Assembly: GCA_010909165.1 (NCBI GenBank)
Contig: VJWM01000364.1
Span: 1 to 37,065, forward strand
Direction of reading: 5' to 3'
Source: Anthoceros angustus
Lineage: Eukaryota > Plantae > Anthocerotophyta
DNA: 37,065 bases
The position numbers and the translations under genes were made by a program. The notes under the pieces are model-generated. The model did not search any database, had not been told where the DNA came from, and saw nothing but the letters and a program-made list of their open reading frames with translations. Below are positions 1 through 10,600 of the stretch, piece after piece. Each line of letters opens with the position of its first letter. The first letter of the stretch is position 1.

Positions 1-1385
1 TACATCCCTACCCCATGTAGGGCCCACCCAGTCACTGTCACCCTACACTACCCGCATCTCTATCCCTACTTGTTTCCCTCACCTTCCTCGGTAGGGACAA
101 GTACGATTATGGACACGCACCCGTCCCTACCCATACCTGTGAAGTACATACCCACATACAGAGTAGGGACCCCTCCCTCCCTATAGGGTGCACCTCCCTT
201 GACCCTACCCCTGTACTACCCCTCTCACCCCTACACCTTCTCCATTCTCGTAGGGCCCACTGTCGCACACCTTTTCGTAGGGCCACGCCTACACCTTCTG
301 CTGTCGCGTAGGGTGCACCTCCCTCGGTGGGAGTGCCATGCTACGTCACCCCACCTACCCTCGCGTAGGTGCACCCAAGCACTCTCCCAATTAGTTGAAA
401 CACCTCACACAAAAGGCCCCATCCCGGTCTTGATCCACCCCTAGGACGCTTAACTCACGGGTTCTTACATTCCATTGTCCAACACACCCAATTGGCTTGT
501 GCATAACACTCATCAAGAATAAAATGAACTTATCCTCGGTGAACTTCTCACGCCTCACAACATCTCGTACCAACCCTCCTTGCTATCCATTTCTTCACCA
601 CGGCCTCCTTCACTTTGACTTGCAGCCCATTATGCAAATTCCGCCGTCATGATGCACACCGTTGTGATCCCTTCACCATGTTGCAGCCCACCTGCAACAC
701 GCCTTCCTATGGTTTGGCCACACCTCCATCTTGCAGCCCGGCTACAAATTCAGCACGTAGTGCTCTACCATGGCCTTTCCTAGTTCAACACGCCTATCAT
801 GCCATCCTCCCATCGTGACTCCATTGAGAGCACTTCCATGTGCCTCGGCACCGCATGGCCTCCTCTTGCAACCCTTGTGGCTGCTCACCACGAACATGAG
901 CTCCTCGCTCCCATCCTTGCACCTTGTGCTGCTCCTCTCGCATGAGCTCCCAACCTAGAGCCCTGCAGATCTGCACAATTCCACCATTACGGGCACTTGG
1001 CCCATCTTCCTGCAACCCTTGCCACACATCTCTACCTAGCAGTCCTCCTTCGCAAAATCTCAAATAATATGAGCACACCCATGTCTCACTTCTTCCACAC
1101 GTGTGGCAAATTACTTTGCCTTCCCTCAAACTTGGTGGTGGTCCCCAATAATCGGGCCTTTGCCTCTGCAAGCCTATCAACAGGCCTTGTGCAGCAACCT
1201 CAAGCTACTTCCTTGGCTTAATTGCCTTCACCTCTACTCCTCATTCTCCAACAAATTGCCTCAAGATCTTGACAATTCTCTTCCACTTCACTTCAATTCT
1301 CTCCGTTCGCTCGCTCTGCTCTAGTTTTGCTCTAGTTTGATCCTTTTGATCCAAAAGTAGAGTGCCCAAACTTTCATATTCCACA
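1..1385 (-). repeat. 3' LTR-A (partial)
   Basis: Plus strand ends ...caaactttcatattccaca (TGTGG start on minus), abuts the PPT, and is homologous to 5095-6495. Confidence 0.85.
391..1300 (-). pseudogene. Frameshifted remnant of the LTR-borne gene (variant A) in the 3' LTR
   Basis: Minus-strand fragments GGWHDRRVELGKAMVEHYVLNL (~746-811) and VVRREKFTEDKFILFLMSVM (ORF 391-573) are collinear with variant B/C motifs GRQWAYTNLELIEECYINL and SYFSTTFLHFLWKI. Confidence 0.45.
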
Positions 1386-1398
1386 TACTCCCCACCTC
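1386..1398 (-). promoter_or_regulatory. Polypurine tract (PPT)
   Basis: Minus strand GAGGTGGGGAGTA immediately precedes the TGTGG LTR start. Confidence 0.8.
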
Positions 1399-2714
1399 AC
1401 TTGTTTGCGTCCCATAAACAACCTACCATTGTATACTCCATCGCCTTCCCATTCATCGTAGTGACAAGTGGTCATGTTAGATTCCTAGCTACATTACACT
1501 TTCGTGAAAATACAAAACATCACTTCCTTGTGAAACACAACCTCTCCATCTCATTTGTCTGCATGTTGTGGAAGGACATCTTCCAAATTCAAGACCTCGA
1601 GCTCTAAATGTGCCATGAATGCTCCCAAGCCTCCACCAAATTTCCACATAATCCTTCGCAACTTCAAAAGCTTGCAATTCCTCTCTTCAAGGCTTTGGTC
1701 ATCACTCCTTCCTCAAGATGTCCACTTCAATCCATAATTCCTCCTCAAATTCTTCCAACTTCCTTCAAGTGACTCTCTCCCCACCTCGTTCCTTGCTGTC
1801 TTCCATCTCCAATCTGCTCATATCAAGACAAAGCAAAGCCTCAAGATGCAACTTGAAGCAACCTCCTTGAGATAGCTCCTCCACTTGACTCCTCCTTGCA
1901 ACATAGGCAACCCCATCTTGAGCACGGTACCAACCCGTCTGCTGCATACAACAAGAACACTCCTGCTGACAATAAATTGGAAGCACTCGCCCGCTCTTCA
2001 ATGGCCTTAGACATCTCCCAGCGAATAGCTACACAACCTGCTCAATGGCGTCAATTACTTCCTCCCTTGATGCCAAAAAGAAGCATCCGAGCCCTCCAAG
2101 CTCGAATTCAAGTTCCTCCTCTCAACCACATCCATGAGCAACCTTGAGCATGTCCCCTCACAATTGGGCCCCTCTTCCTCAAAGTAAAGCCCTCGGCTAT
2201 CACCTAGCCTCCATAAACTATCCATTGGTCAAGAGCACGACCTCCACTTCCTCCTAGACATCATCCTCATGAAATCTTGGGCGGAAGCAACAACTATGCC
2301 CACTCTCAAGCTCTTTCTTCTAACCAACGCCCCACAGCGGCAGCAGCTCTCATGCTCGCATTCTTAGCTCGACCTCCAAATCCCTCAAAATTACTAACCG
2401 GCTCGAATTCTTGACCCTCACCTCACAACTCCTCGACAACCTCCTTCCTCTTGTTGTCTGAGCACATCCTTCTCCTGCTCTTAGAAACTACCTCTTCTTC
2501 CTCATGAGAACCCTTGAAGATGTTAGCACATGTAGCTTCCTCCATGAGCTCTCTCCTCGCTTCTTCCTCTACCGTCATGCAACTCTCACACCACTTGCAA
2601 AAATCAGCGGGCGATCTCCTCTCTATACGCAATAAAACTTCTTCTTCTCATCCCCGATTAGAGATTCTCAACAATGTTCATGCCTCTTCCCTACCGACTT
2701 GCCAAAGCAAAGAG

Positions 2715-2731
2715 TCCCCGACACAGCGCCA
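2715..2731 (-). promoter_or_regulatory. Primer-binding site, tRNA-Asp type
   Basis: Minus strand reads LTR end CCCACA, TTTT, TGGCGCTGTGTCGGGGA. This is close to the Athila tRNA-Asp PBS TGGCGCCGTTGCCGGGGA (two C>T changes, one deletion). Confidence 0.8.
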
Positions 2732-3798
2732 AAAATGTGGGAGGAAAACCCGGGGCTTCCGAGATTCACCCTCTAGTGGCCACACTTATCCCAATCGCTA
2801 AGTACAATAGGTTTCGTCCCCATGAGACTCTTGTTTGTCGGTCACCAACATCCAAGGCACAAACCACACGCCTCTTCACACCCCAAGCTCCCTCACACGG
2901 TGGAGCAACTTCAACTCACTCCACAGAGGCACGCCTCACCATGCTGCTCCGTCAATCACCGCTTCTAGACCTACGACACCCCTCGACTATATGGGTCCAC
3001 ACCCCCGCAGGTGGGTAGGCGGCTACGCCGTAGGGACCCCCTACGTTGCAGCGACTTCACCACCCGTGATCGTCCACTATTCCTTTCCCATCGCCTTCCC
3101 ACAATTGGCACACCCTCAACCACCAACGGCGGCGCCACTCCCTTTCCGTCGGATCTCCGCTCTGGACCTACAACGACATCCTACGATCGTAGGTCCCTAT
3201 GAGTAGGTCCACCGCTCGCACGTAGGGACCCCCCTACGGTAGCGACTTCTCCACCCGTGATTTTGAGACCTTAGCCCGGCTTCGGTCTCGGTTTGGTGCG
3301 GTTGGGACCCTCCCTTAGGCTCGACTTGGGCCTTCTTCTTACTCTAATCTCTACCTACTCCTCTACTCAACATTCAGCTCCACATTCTCCTCAACAACAC
3401 TCACCTCAACTCAACTCCTCATCCTCCTAATCTAACCTTACTTCAAGCTCAGCCCTAGCTCGCCCTTACAGCTGGCACACGGGTGCGCCTACAAGCCAAC
3501 AAGTTCTTCCTTGGGGGTTGCTATGAGTTTGCAGACGTGAGAACCTCCAGTCTTTCCTGTAGTCTACCCTCAAGCCGGGAGTTCCTTGGGCATCGCCACA
3601 CACCCAAAGCAAAGCAATTTCACAACCATTCACAAGGGCAACTGCGGGCGCGCAAGGCAGCCCTCCGCCAAGCACTCCGGCAAACTCCCTCTCTACCGGC
3701 CTTCGTTAGCTTGCACGGCACGAATTCCTTCACAAGGAGCAAAGGACTCGCGAGTGGGAGGCGCAAGACACGATAATTTTACTTCACAAGCTCCCTCC

Positions 3799-3805
3799 TT
3801 TTATA
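3799..3805 (-). promoter_or_regulatory. Candidate LTR TATA box (CCTATAAAAGG)
   Basis: Found at the equivalent position in all complete LTRs: 10438-10444, 16305-16309 (LTR-B) and 21543-21547 (plus-strand solo LTR). It is ~1.07 kb from the LTR 3' end in this copy. Confidence 0.55.
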
Positions 3806-4984
3806 GGAGGTCCTCACATACAACCTCCCACTGGCGCGCCCTCTTGCCTGCCTCACTTCCTTATTCTAGTGTATCCTATTGTGGACTTTAAGTTCGACAT
3901 CCAAGCATCTTGGGTAAAATTCTATTCTAGCAAACTTCACCTGTGAGCCTTAATGGCTCTGTCAACATTCCTATCTAGCTAGTCAACACACCCTCTGGGT
4001 TGACAAGCATTTATCCTCCTCTAAAGAAAAGTCTCCCCAAGCAATGAGCCCACACTCCAAGCTACCACCAACCCCTTCAATTACCTCTAGATGTCTCGCG
4101 TCGCCGCACGGTGATCCCCGGATGTAGGGCCACCTCTACACCTCCTACGGACGTGGGGTCAACTTCTTATGGCCCTACCGCCTCCACTCTCCTTTGCAAG
4201 AAGGTCTCCGTGGCGGATCTTGCTCCATGCCTTCCTCTTCCTCCTCCGAGTCATCCTCTCGGCCTTCCATCATCGGATGTGTTGGGCTGTCCGGCTCCTG
4301 CAGCCTCCACCTAGCTCAAGCATCCTCCTTCTCCTAGCAACCAACTTGCCCTTCTTAGGTGCGCTTTCACCATCTTGTACCTTCAAAATAAGCGCACAAA
4401 CAAGACAAGCTTGGGCACCCCATGCTCGTTTCCACCTAGTTGTCACCTCGGTGTCTACACACAATTGCGAGATTTCTTCACTCGCCATAAAATCCACCAA
4501 GAGAGCAACTTCAGCCCTTTTCCACTTACTTCCTCTTCACTCCACAGTCCCACCTAGCTCAAACTTGATCCTCACCGGCCACAACTCCTTATGCCCAAAT
4601 CCCTCACTTGCAAGGTCCTAGGCACAAAAATTCAGCGCTGCCCTCTTCACCTTGTGCTTCAAATCCCTTCACACACAACTCCTTATGCACACCTCCTTCT
4701 CCTTGCACACACATGGGCAGCGTTCTCACCAAGTCCTTGCTCTAGCTTTCCTTTGCATGCATGCACAAGCTCTTAGTGCAATTCCTCGCAGCTTCCTAGG
4801 TGCCACTCCCTACACACCCGCTTGCATGGCCACACCCTACACTACCTACCCACATATTTATGTGCTATTATTCCTAATATATCCTATTTATCCACAACCT
4901 TGCCTGTAGCCTCTTTAGCAACTTCCTAGGTTTGTACTGCCTTATCACACTTGCTTCCCAAGTATCCAAGTAGCTTTGTATCCA

Positions 4985-5480
4985 AGTAGGGTTATGCACC
5001 CCCCCCACGTGGGAGACCTCACCACTCCCTACGGTGGAGACACTCTCATCCTACCTATCTACCTACCTAACTAATGCGTGAGAGCCACCTACCCTACATC
5101 CTACCCATGTGGGGCCACACACTGGTCACCCTACACTACCCGCATCTCATCCCCTACTTGTTCCCTTGTATCCCTACTTGTTCCCTACCCTACCCCGGTA
5201 GGGAGACGGTCCGTGGACACGCGCCCTACCCATCCCTACGCACCGTCTACCCACATACATGTAGGGACCCCTGCCTACCATGTGGGTCCCCCTTGTTACC
5301 CTCATACTACCTTAACTGTGGGACCCTCACTCACCTCTCCACGTCCACTACCCTACACCTTCTCCTCGTGGGGCCCTATCGCCCTACACCCCTCACTCGC
5401 GTAGGGGTGCACCTCCCTCACGTAGGAGTGCCATGCCCCTACGTCCTGCCACCCTACACCTACTCGTGGGGTGCACCACC
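4985..5480. repeat. Degenerate CCCTAC/GTAGGG motif array inside LTR-A
   Basis: Many ccctac/cctac motifs with interspersed gtaggg, e.g. ccctaccccggtaggg at 5188-5203. Copies at 1-375 and ~11625-12120. Confidence 0.8.
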
Positions 5481-5499
5481 AAACACTCTCCCAATTAGC

Positions 5500-6400
5500 T
5501 CATAAACTTGAAATATAACCTCACACAAAGGCCCCATCCGTCTTGATCCACCCCTAGGGCGCTTAACTCTGGAGTTCTTACATTCCATTGTCCAACACAC
5601 CAAATTGGCTTGCATAACACTCATCAAGAATAAAATGAACTTATTCCCGGTGAACTCCTCACGCCTCAACAACATCTCGTCAACCCTCCTTGCTATCCCA
5701 TTCTCCTCGCGGCCACCAGCCTCCCTTCACTTTGACTTGCAGCCCCCCGCAAATTCCGCCGTCATGATGCACCCGTTGTGATCCCTTCACCATGTTGCAC
5801 CCGCAACACCGCCTTCCTATGGTTTGGCCACACCTCCATCTTGCAGCCCATCTACAAATTCAGCACGTGAGTGCTACCATGGCCTTTCCTAGTTCAACAC
5901 ACGGCCCTATCATGCCATCCTCCCATCGTGACTCCATTAAGAGCACTTCCATGTGCCTCGGCCATGGCCTCCTCTTGCAACCCTTGTGGCTGCTCACCCT
6001 CAACATGAGCTCCTCGCTCCCATCCTTGCATTCTTGCTCCTCTCTCGCATCTTGAGCTCCCAACCTAGAGCCCCACGCAGATCCACAATTCCACCATTAC
6101 GGGCACTTGGCCCATCTTCCTGCAGCAACCCTTGCCACACATCTCTACCTAGTCCTCCTTCAGCAAAATCTCAGCAATATGAGCACACGCCCATGTCTCA
6201 CTTCTTCCACACATGTGGCAAATTACTTTGCCTTCCCTCAAACTTGGTGGTGGTCCCCAATAATCGGGCCTTTGCCTCTGCAAGCCTATCAACGACTGCT
6301 TGTGCAGCAACCTCAAGCTACTTCCTTGGCTTAATTGCCTTCACCTCTACTCCTCATTCTCCAACAAATTGCCTCAAGATCTTGACAATTCTCTTCCACT
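5500..6400 (-). pseudogene. Frameshifted remnant of the LTR-borne gene (variant A) in the 5' LTR; duplicate at ~12140-13040
   Basis: Minus-strand GLQVKVKGGW (~5716-5745) compares with GVKAHAKNGW/GMKAKSKNGW in variants B/C, and EFTGNKFILFLMSVM compares with SYFSTTFLHFLWKI, in the same order. Confidence 0.5.
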
Positions 6401-6495
6401 TCACTTCAATTCTCTCCGTTCGCCCTCTGCTCTAGTTTTGCTCTAGTTTGATCCTTTTGATCCAAAAGTAGGAGTGTAAACTTTCATATTCCCTG

Positions 6496-7454
6496 CTGAC
6501 TGTCCCACGATCGCCAATAATATGTCAGAATTTGGCGAAGAAGATGCCTCCTACGGTAGGATAGCGGGCGTTTGTGAGGCTTTCGAAACACGTCTCCACG
6601 CCTCCTCACTAGGATGGACCAGTCGATCCGCCGATTTTCTTTTGCGCATCTTTCCTCCTACGCCTTCCGAGAGGGCATCCTATGGCTCCGAACAATGGCA
6701 CTATAAAGTCGCATTTCTCATAATGCTGTACGGTATGCCGTAGTTGGGAGAGGCTCTCAAAGGCGGCATTCTTGAATCACATGGGGACTCACGGTTAAGC
6801 TCATCATACCACGGCAAAGCGGGTTCCGTCACGAAGTAGGAAGAGAGAGAGATCCCACATTTGATTATGCTGGAGGCGAGTTACATGGTTACCTAGGTCG
6901 AGTTCCAAAGTGTGTAAGAGCCGAGGATCCACCCCACCTCGGGTACTCACAAAACAAGCAGACTTGGATTGGTTTTGTAGTGGATTGTCCCAAATGGAAG
7001 AGTGCTTTGAGGGCAGCGGAGACTAAGACACCATTTGGAGCCATTCGATTAGCTAAGGAATGGGGATATACTGCCAGCGAGTTGGGGAGAAGGAGGAAGA
7101 AGTTTCGGCGAAGCCATAAGAAGAGGAAGGGATCGAGGGCAATCGAGGCTCCTCGTCTTTGTTTTGCACTCTACTCGGCTACGTCACCTTCATCCTCATC
7201 AAGTGAGGCGGTATGTACTGAAAGCTCCACCATCGGACTGAGGGAATCGAGTGCAGGGAGGCATCGGCATGCGGCGACATGAGAAAGGACTTGGAGAGGT
7301 CATCGGGGAGGCGGAGGGCGGAGCAGCGTTGGAGAAAGGAGAGGAAAGCGGCTAGCTCGTCGAGATGGAGGAAGGGAGAAAAAGCGATGCGCCCATAGGA
7401 GGCGGAATTGCAAGACAAGTGGGCTCTTAACGAAGATTGACCAGGGCTTCAAGG
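6496..7454. other. Unclassified target sequence between inverted LTRs (duplicate 13138-14096; continues at 22932)
   Basis: Non-LTR sequence ending in CAAGG; it resumes after the CAAGG TSD at 22927-22931. Confidence 0.6.
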
Positions 7455-7670
7455 TGTGGAACATAAAAAGTTTTGGGCACTCCTAACTTTTTTGGATCAA
7501 AGGGATCAAACTAGAGCAAAACTAGGCGGTGAAGCAAGCGGGAGAGAAGTGAGTAGAGTGAAAGAGTTGTCGGAAGATCTTGGGCAATTTGTTTGGAGAA
7601 TGAGGAGTAGAGGTGAAGGCAATTAAGCCAAGAGTAGCTTGAGGTTCTTTGCTGGCGGTGTTGATGAGCT
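7455..7670 (+). repeat. First ~215 bp of the plus-strand LTR-A, cut by the duplication junction
   Basis: caagg|tgtggaacataaaaagttttgggcac..., matching 14097-14312. Confidence 0.9.
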
Positions 7671-10600
7671 GCCACACATCTCTACCTAGCAGTCCTCCTT
7701 CGCAAAATCTCAAATAATATGAGCACACCCATGTCTCACTTCTTCCACACGTGTGGCAAATTACTTTGCCTTCCTCAAACTTGGTGGTGGTCCCCAATAA
7801 TCGGGCCTTTGCCTCTGCAAGCCTATCAACAGGCCTTGTGCAGCAACCTCAAGCTACTTCCTTGGCTTAATTGCCTTCACCTCTACTCCTCATTCTCCAA
7901 CAAATTGCCTCAAGATCTTGACAATTCTCTTCCACTTCACTTCAATTCTCTCCGTTCGCTCGCTCTGCTCTAGTTTTGCTCTAGTTTGATCCTTTTGATC
8001 CAAAAGTAGAGTGCCCAAACTTTCATATTCCACATACTCCCCACCTCACTTGTTTGCGTCCCATAAACAACCTACCATTGTATACTCCATCGCCTTCCCA
8101 TTCATCGTAGTGACAAGTGGTCATGTTAGATTCCTAGCTACATTACACTTTCGTGAAATACAAAACATCACTTCCTTGTGAAACACAACCTCTCCATCTC
8201 ATTTGTCTGCATGTTGTGGAAGGACATCTTCCAAATTCAAGACCTCGAGCTCTAAATGTGCCATGAATGCTCCCAAGCCTCCACCAAATTTCCACATAAT
8301 CCTTCGCAACTTCAAAAGCTTGCAATTCCTCTCTTCAAGGCTTTGGTCATCACTCCTTCCTCAAGATGTCCACTTCAATCCATAATTCCTCCTCAAATTC
8401 TTCCAACTTCCTTCAAGTGACTCTCTCCCCACCTCGTTCCTTGCTCTTCCATCTCCAATCGCTCATATCAAGACAAAGCAAAGCCTCAAGATGCAACTTG
8501 AAGCAACCTCCTTGAGATAGCTCCTCCACTTGACTCCTCCTTGCAACATAGGCAACCCCATCTTGAGCACGGTACCAACCGTCTGCTGCATACAACAAGA
8601 ACACTCCTGGCGACAATAAATTGGAAGCACTCGCCCGCTCTTCAATGGCCTTAGACATCTCCCAAATAGCTACACAACTGCTCATCAATTACTTCCTCCT
8701 TGATGCCAAAAGAAGCATCCAAGCCCTCAAGCTCGATTCAAGTTCCTCCTCTCAACCACATCCATGAGCAACCTTGAGCATGTCCCCTCACAATTGGGCC
8801 CCTCTTCCTCAAAGTAAAGCCCTCGGCTATCACCTAGCCTCCATAAACTATCCATTGGTCAAGAGCACGACCTCCACTTCCTCCTAGACATCATCCTCAT
8901 GAAATCTTGGGCGGAAGCAACAACTATGCCCACTCTCAAGCTCTTTCTTCTAACCAACGCCCCACAGCGGCAGCAGCTCTCATGCTCGCATTCTTAGCTC
9001 GACCTCCAAATCCCTCAAAATTACTAACCGGCTCGAATTCTTGACCCTCACCTCACAACTCCTCGACAACCTCCTTCCTCTTGTTGTCTGAGCACATCCT
9101 TCTCCTGCTCTTAGAAACTACCTCTTCTTCCTCATGAGAACCCTTGAAGATGTTAGCACATGTAGCTTCCTCCATGAGCTCTCTCCTCGCTTCTTCCTCT
9201 ACCGTCATGCAACTCTCACACCACTTGCAAAAATCAGCGGGCGATCTCCTCTCTATACGCAATAAAACTTCTTCTTCTCATCCCCGATTAGAGATTCTCA
9301 ACAATGTTCATGCCTCTTCCCTACCGACTTGCCAAAGCAAAGAGTCCCCGACACAGCGCCAAAAATGTGGGAGGAAAACCCCGGGGCTTCCGAGATTCAC
9401 CCTCTAGTGGCCACACTTATCCCACTATCGCTAAGTACAATAGGTTTCGTCCCATGAGACTCTTGTTTGTCAGGTCACCAGCATCCAAGGCACAAACCAC
9501 ACGCCTCTTCACACCCCCAAGCTCCCTCACACAGCTGGAGCAACTTCAACTCACTCCACAGACAGCAGCCACGCCTCACCATGCTGCTCCGTCAATCACC
9601 GCTTCTAGACCTACGACACCCCTCGACTATATGGGTCCACACCCCCGCAGGTGGGTAGGCGGCTACGCCGTAGGGACCCCCTACGTTGCAGCGACTTCAC
9701 CACCCGTGATCGTCCACTATTCCTTTCCCATCGCCTTCCCACAATTGGCACACCCTCAACCACCAACGGCGGCGCCACTCCCTTTCCGTCGGATCTCCGC
9801 TCTGGACCTACAACGACATCCTACGATCGTAGGTCCCTATGAGTAGGTCCACCGCTCGCACGTAGGGACCCCCTACGGTAGCGACTTCTCCACCCGTGAT
9901 TTTGAGACCTTAGCCCGGCTTCGGTCTCGGTTTGGTGCGGTTGGGACCCTCCCTTAGGCTCGACTTGGGCCTTCTTCTTACTCTAATCTCTACCTACTCC
10001 TCTACTCAACATTCAGCTCCACATTCTCCTCAACAACACTCACCTCAACTCAACTCCTCATCCTCCTAATCTAACCTTACTTCAAGCTCAGCCCTAGCTC
10101 GCCCTTACAGCTGGCACACGGGTGCGCCTACAAGCCAACAAGTTCTTCCTTGGGGGTTGCTATGAGTTTGCAGACGTGAGAACCTCCAGTCTTTCCTGTA
10201 GTCTACCCTCAAGCCGGGAGTTCCTTGGGCATCGCCACACACCCAAAGCAAAGCAATTTCACAACCATTCACAAGGGCAACTGCGGGCGCGCAAGGCAGC
10301 CCTCCGCCAAGCACTCCGGCAAACTCCCTCTCTACCGGCCTTCGTTAGCTTGCACGGCACGAATTCCTTCACAAGGAGCAAAGGACTCGCGAGTGGGAGG
10401 CGCAAGACACGATAATTTTACTTCACAAGCTCCCTCCTTTTATAGGAGGTCCTCACATACAACCTCCCACTGGCGCGCCCTCTTGCCTGCCTCACTTCCT
10501 TATTCTAGTGTATCCTATTGTGGACTTTAAGTTCGACATCCAAGCATCTTGGGTAAAATTCTATTCTAGCAAACTTCACCTGTGAGCCTTAATGGCTCTG

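Larger units (their letters stand above)
1386..2735 (-). pseudogene. Short internal domain; decayed, heavily deleted gag-pol remnant
   Basis: The minus strand is purine-rich with broken Glu-rich frames. The 3' part (LQAFEVAKDYV...LGSIHGTFRARG ... TTMNGKAM) resembles the integrase C-terminal GPY/F region by eye. No RT, RNase H or integrase core motifs are visible. Confidence 0.4.
1..6495 (-). mobile_element. Non-autonomous Ty3/Gypsy (Athila-like) LTR element with giant LTRs and ~1.35 kb internal region; left (3') LTR truncated by window start
   Basis: 1-1385 is a diverged direct repeat of ~5095-6495. On the minus strand the order is LTR (6495->2736, ending ...CCCACA), tRNA-Asp-type PBS (2731-2715), internal region, PPT (1398-1386), then LTR starting TGTGGAATATG at 1385. 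Confidence 0.85.
2736..6495 (-). repeat. 5' LTR-A (~3.76 kb)
   Basis: Left boundary tgtgggagg abuts the PBS. Right boundary ...aactttcatattccctg has degenerate last bases. The length is independently supported by the TSD-flanked solo LTR at 14097-22926. Confidence 0.85.

Noticed and set aside
4985-5480. CRISPR-like or telomeric array
   Set aside because: There is no constant repeat length with unique spacers and no cas genes. The motif is CCCTAC, irregular and bidirectional, not tandem CCCTAAA.
1-6495. Simple ~5.1-kb satellite/tandem unit
   Set aside because: The PBS, PPT and the TSD-flanked solo copy explain the periodicity as LTR-internal-LTR.
6496-7454. Firm LINE annotation
   Set aside because: There is only a vague ORF1-like resemblance, with no endonuclease/RT motifs, poly(A) tail or TSD.
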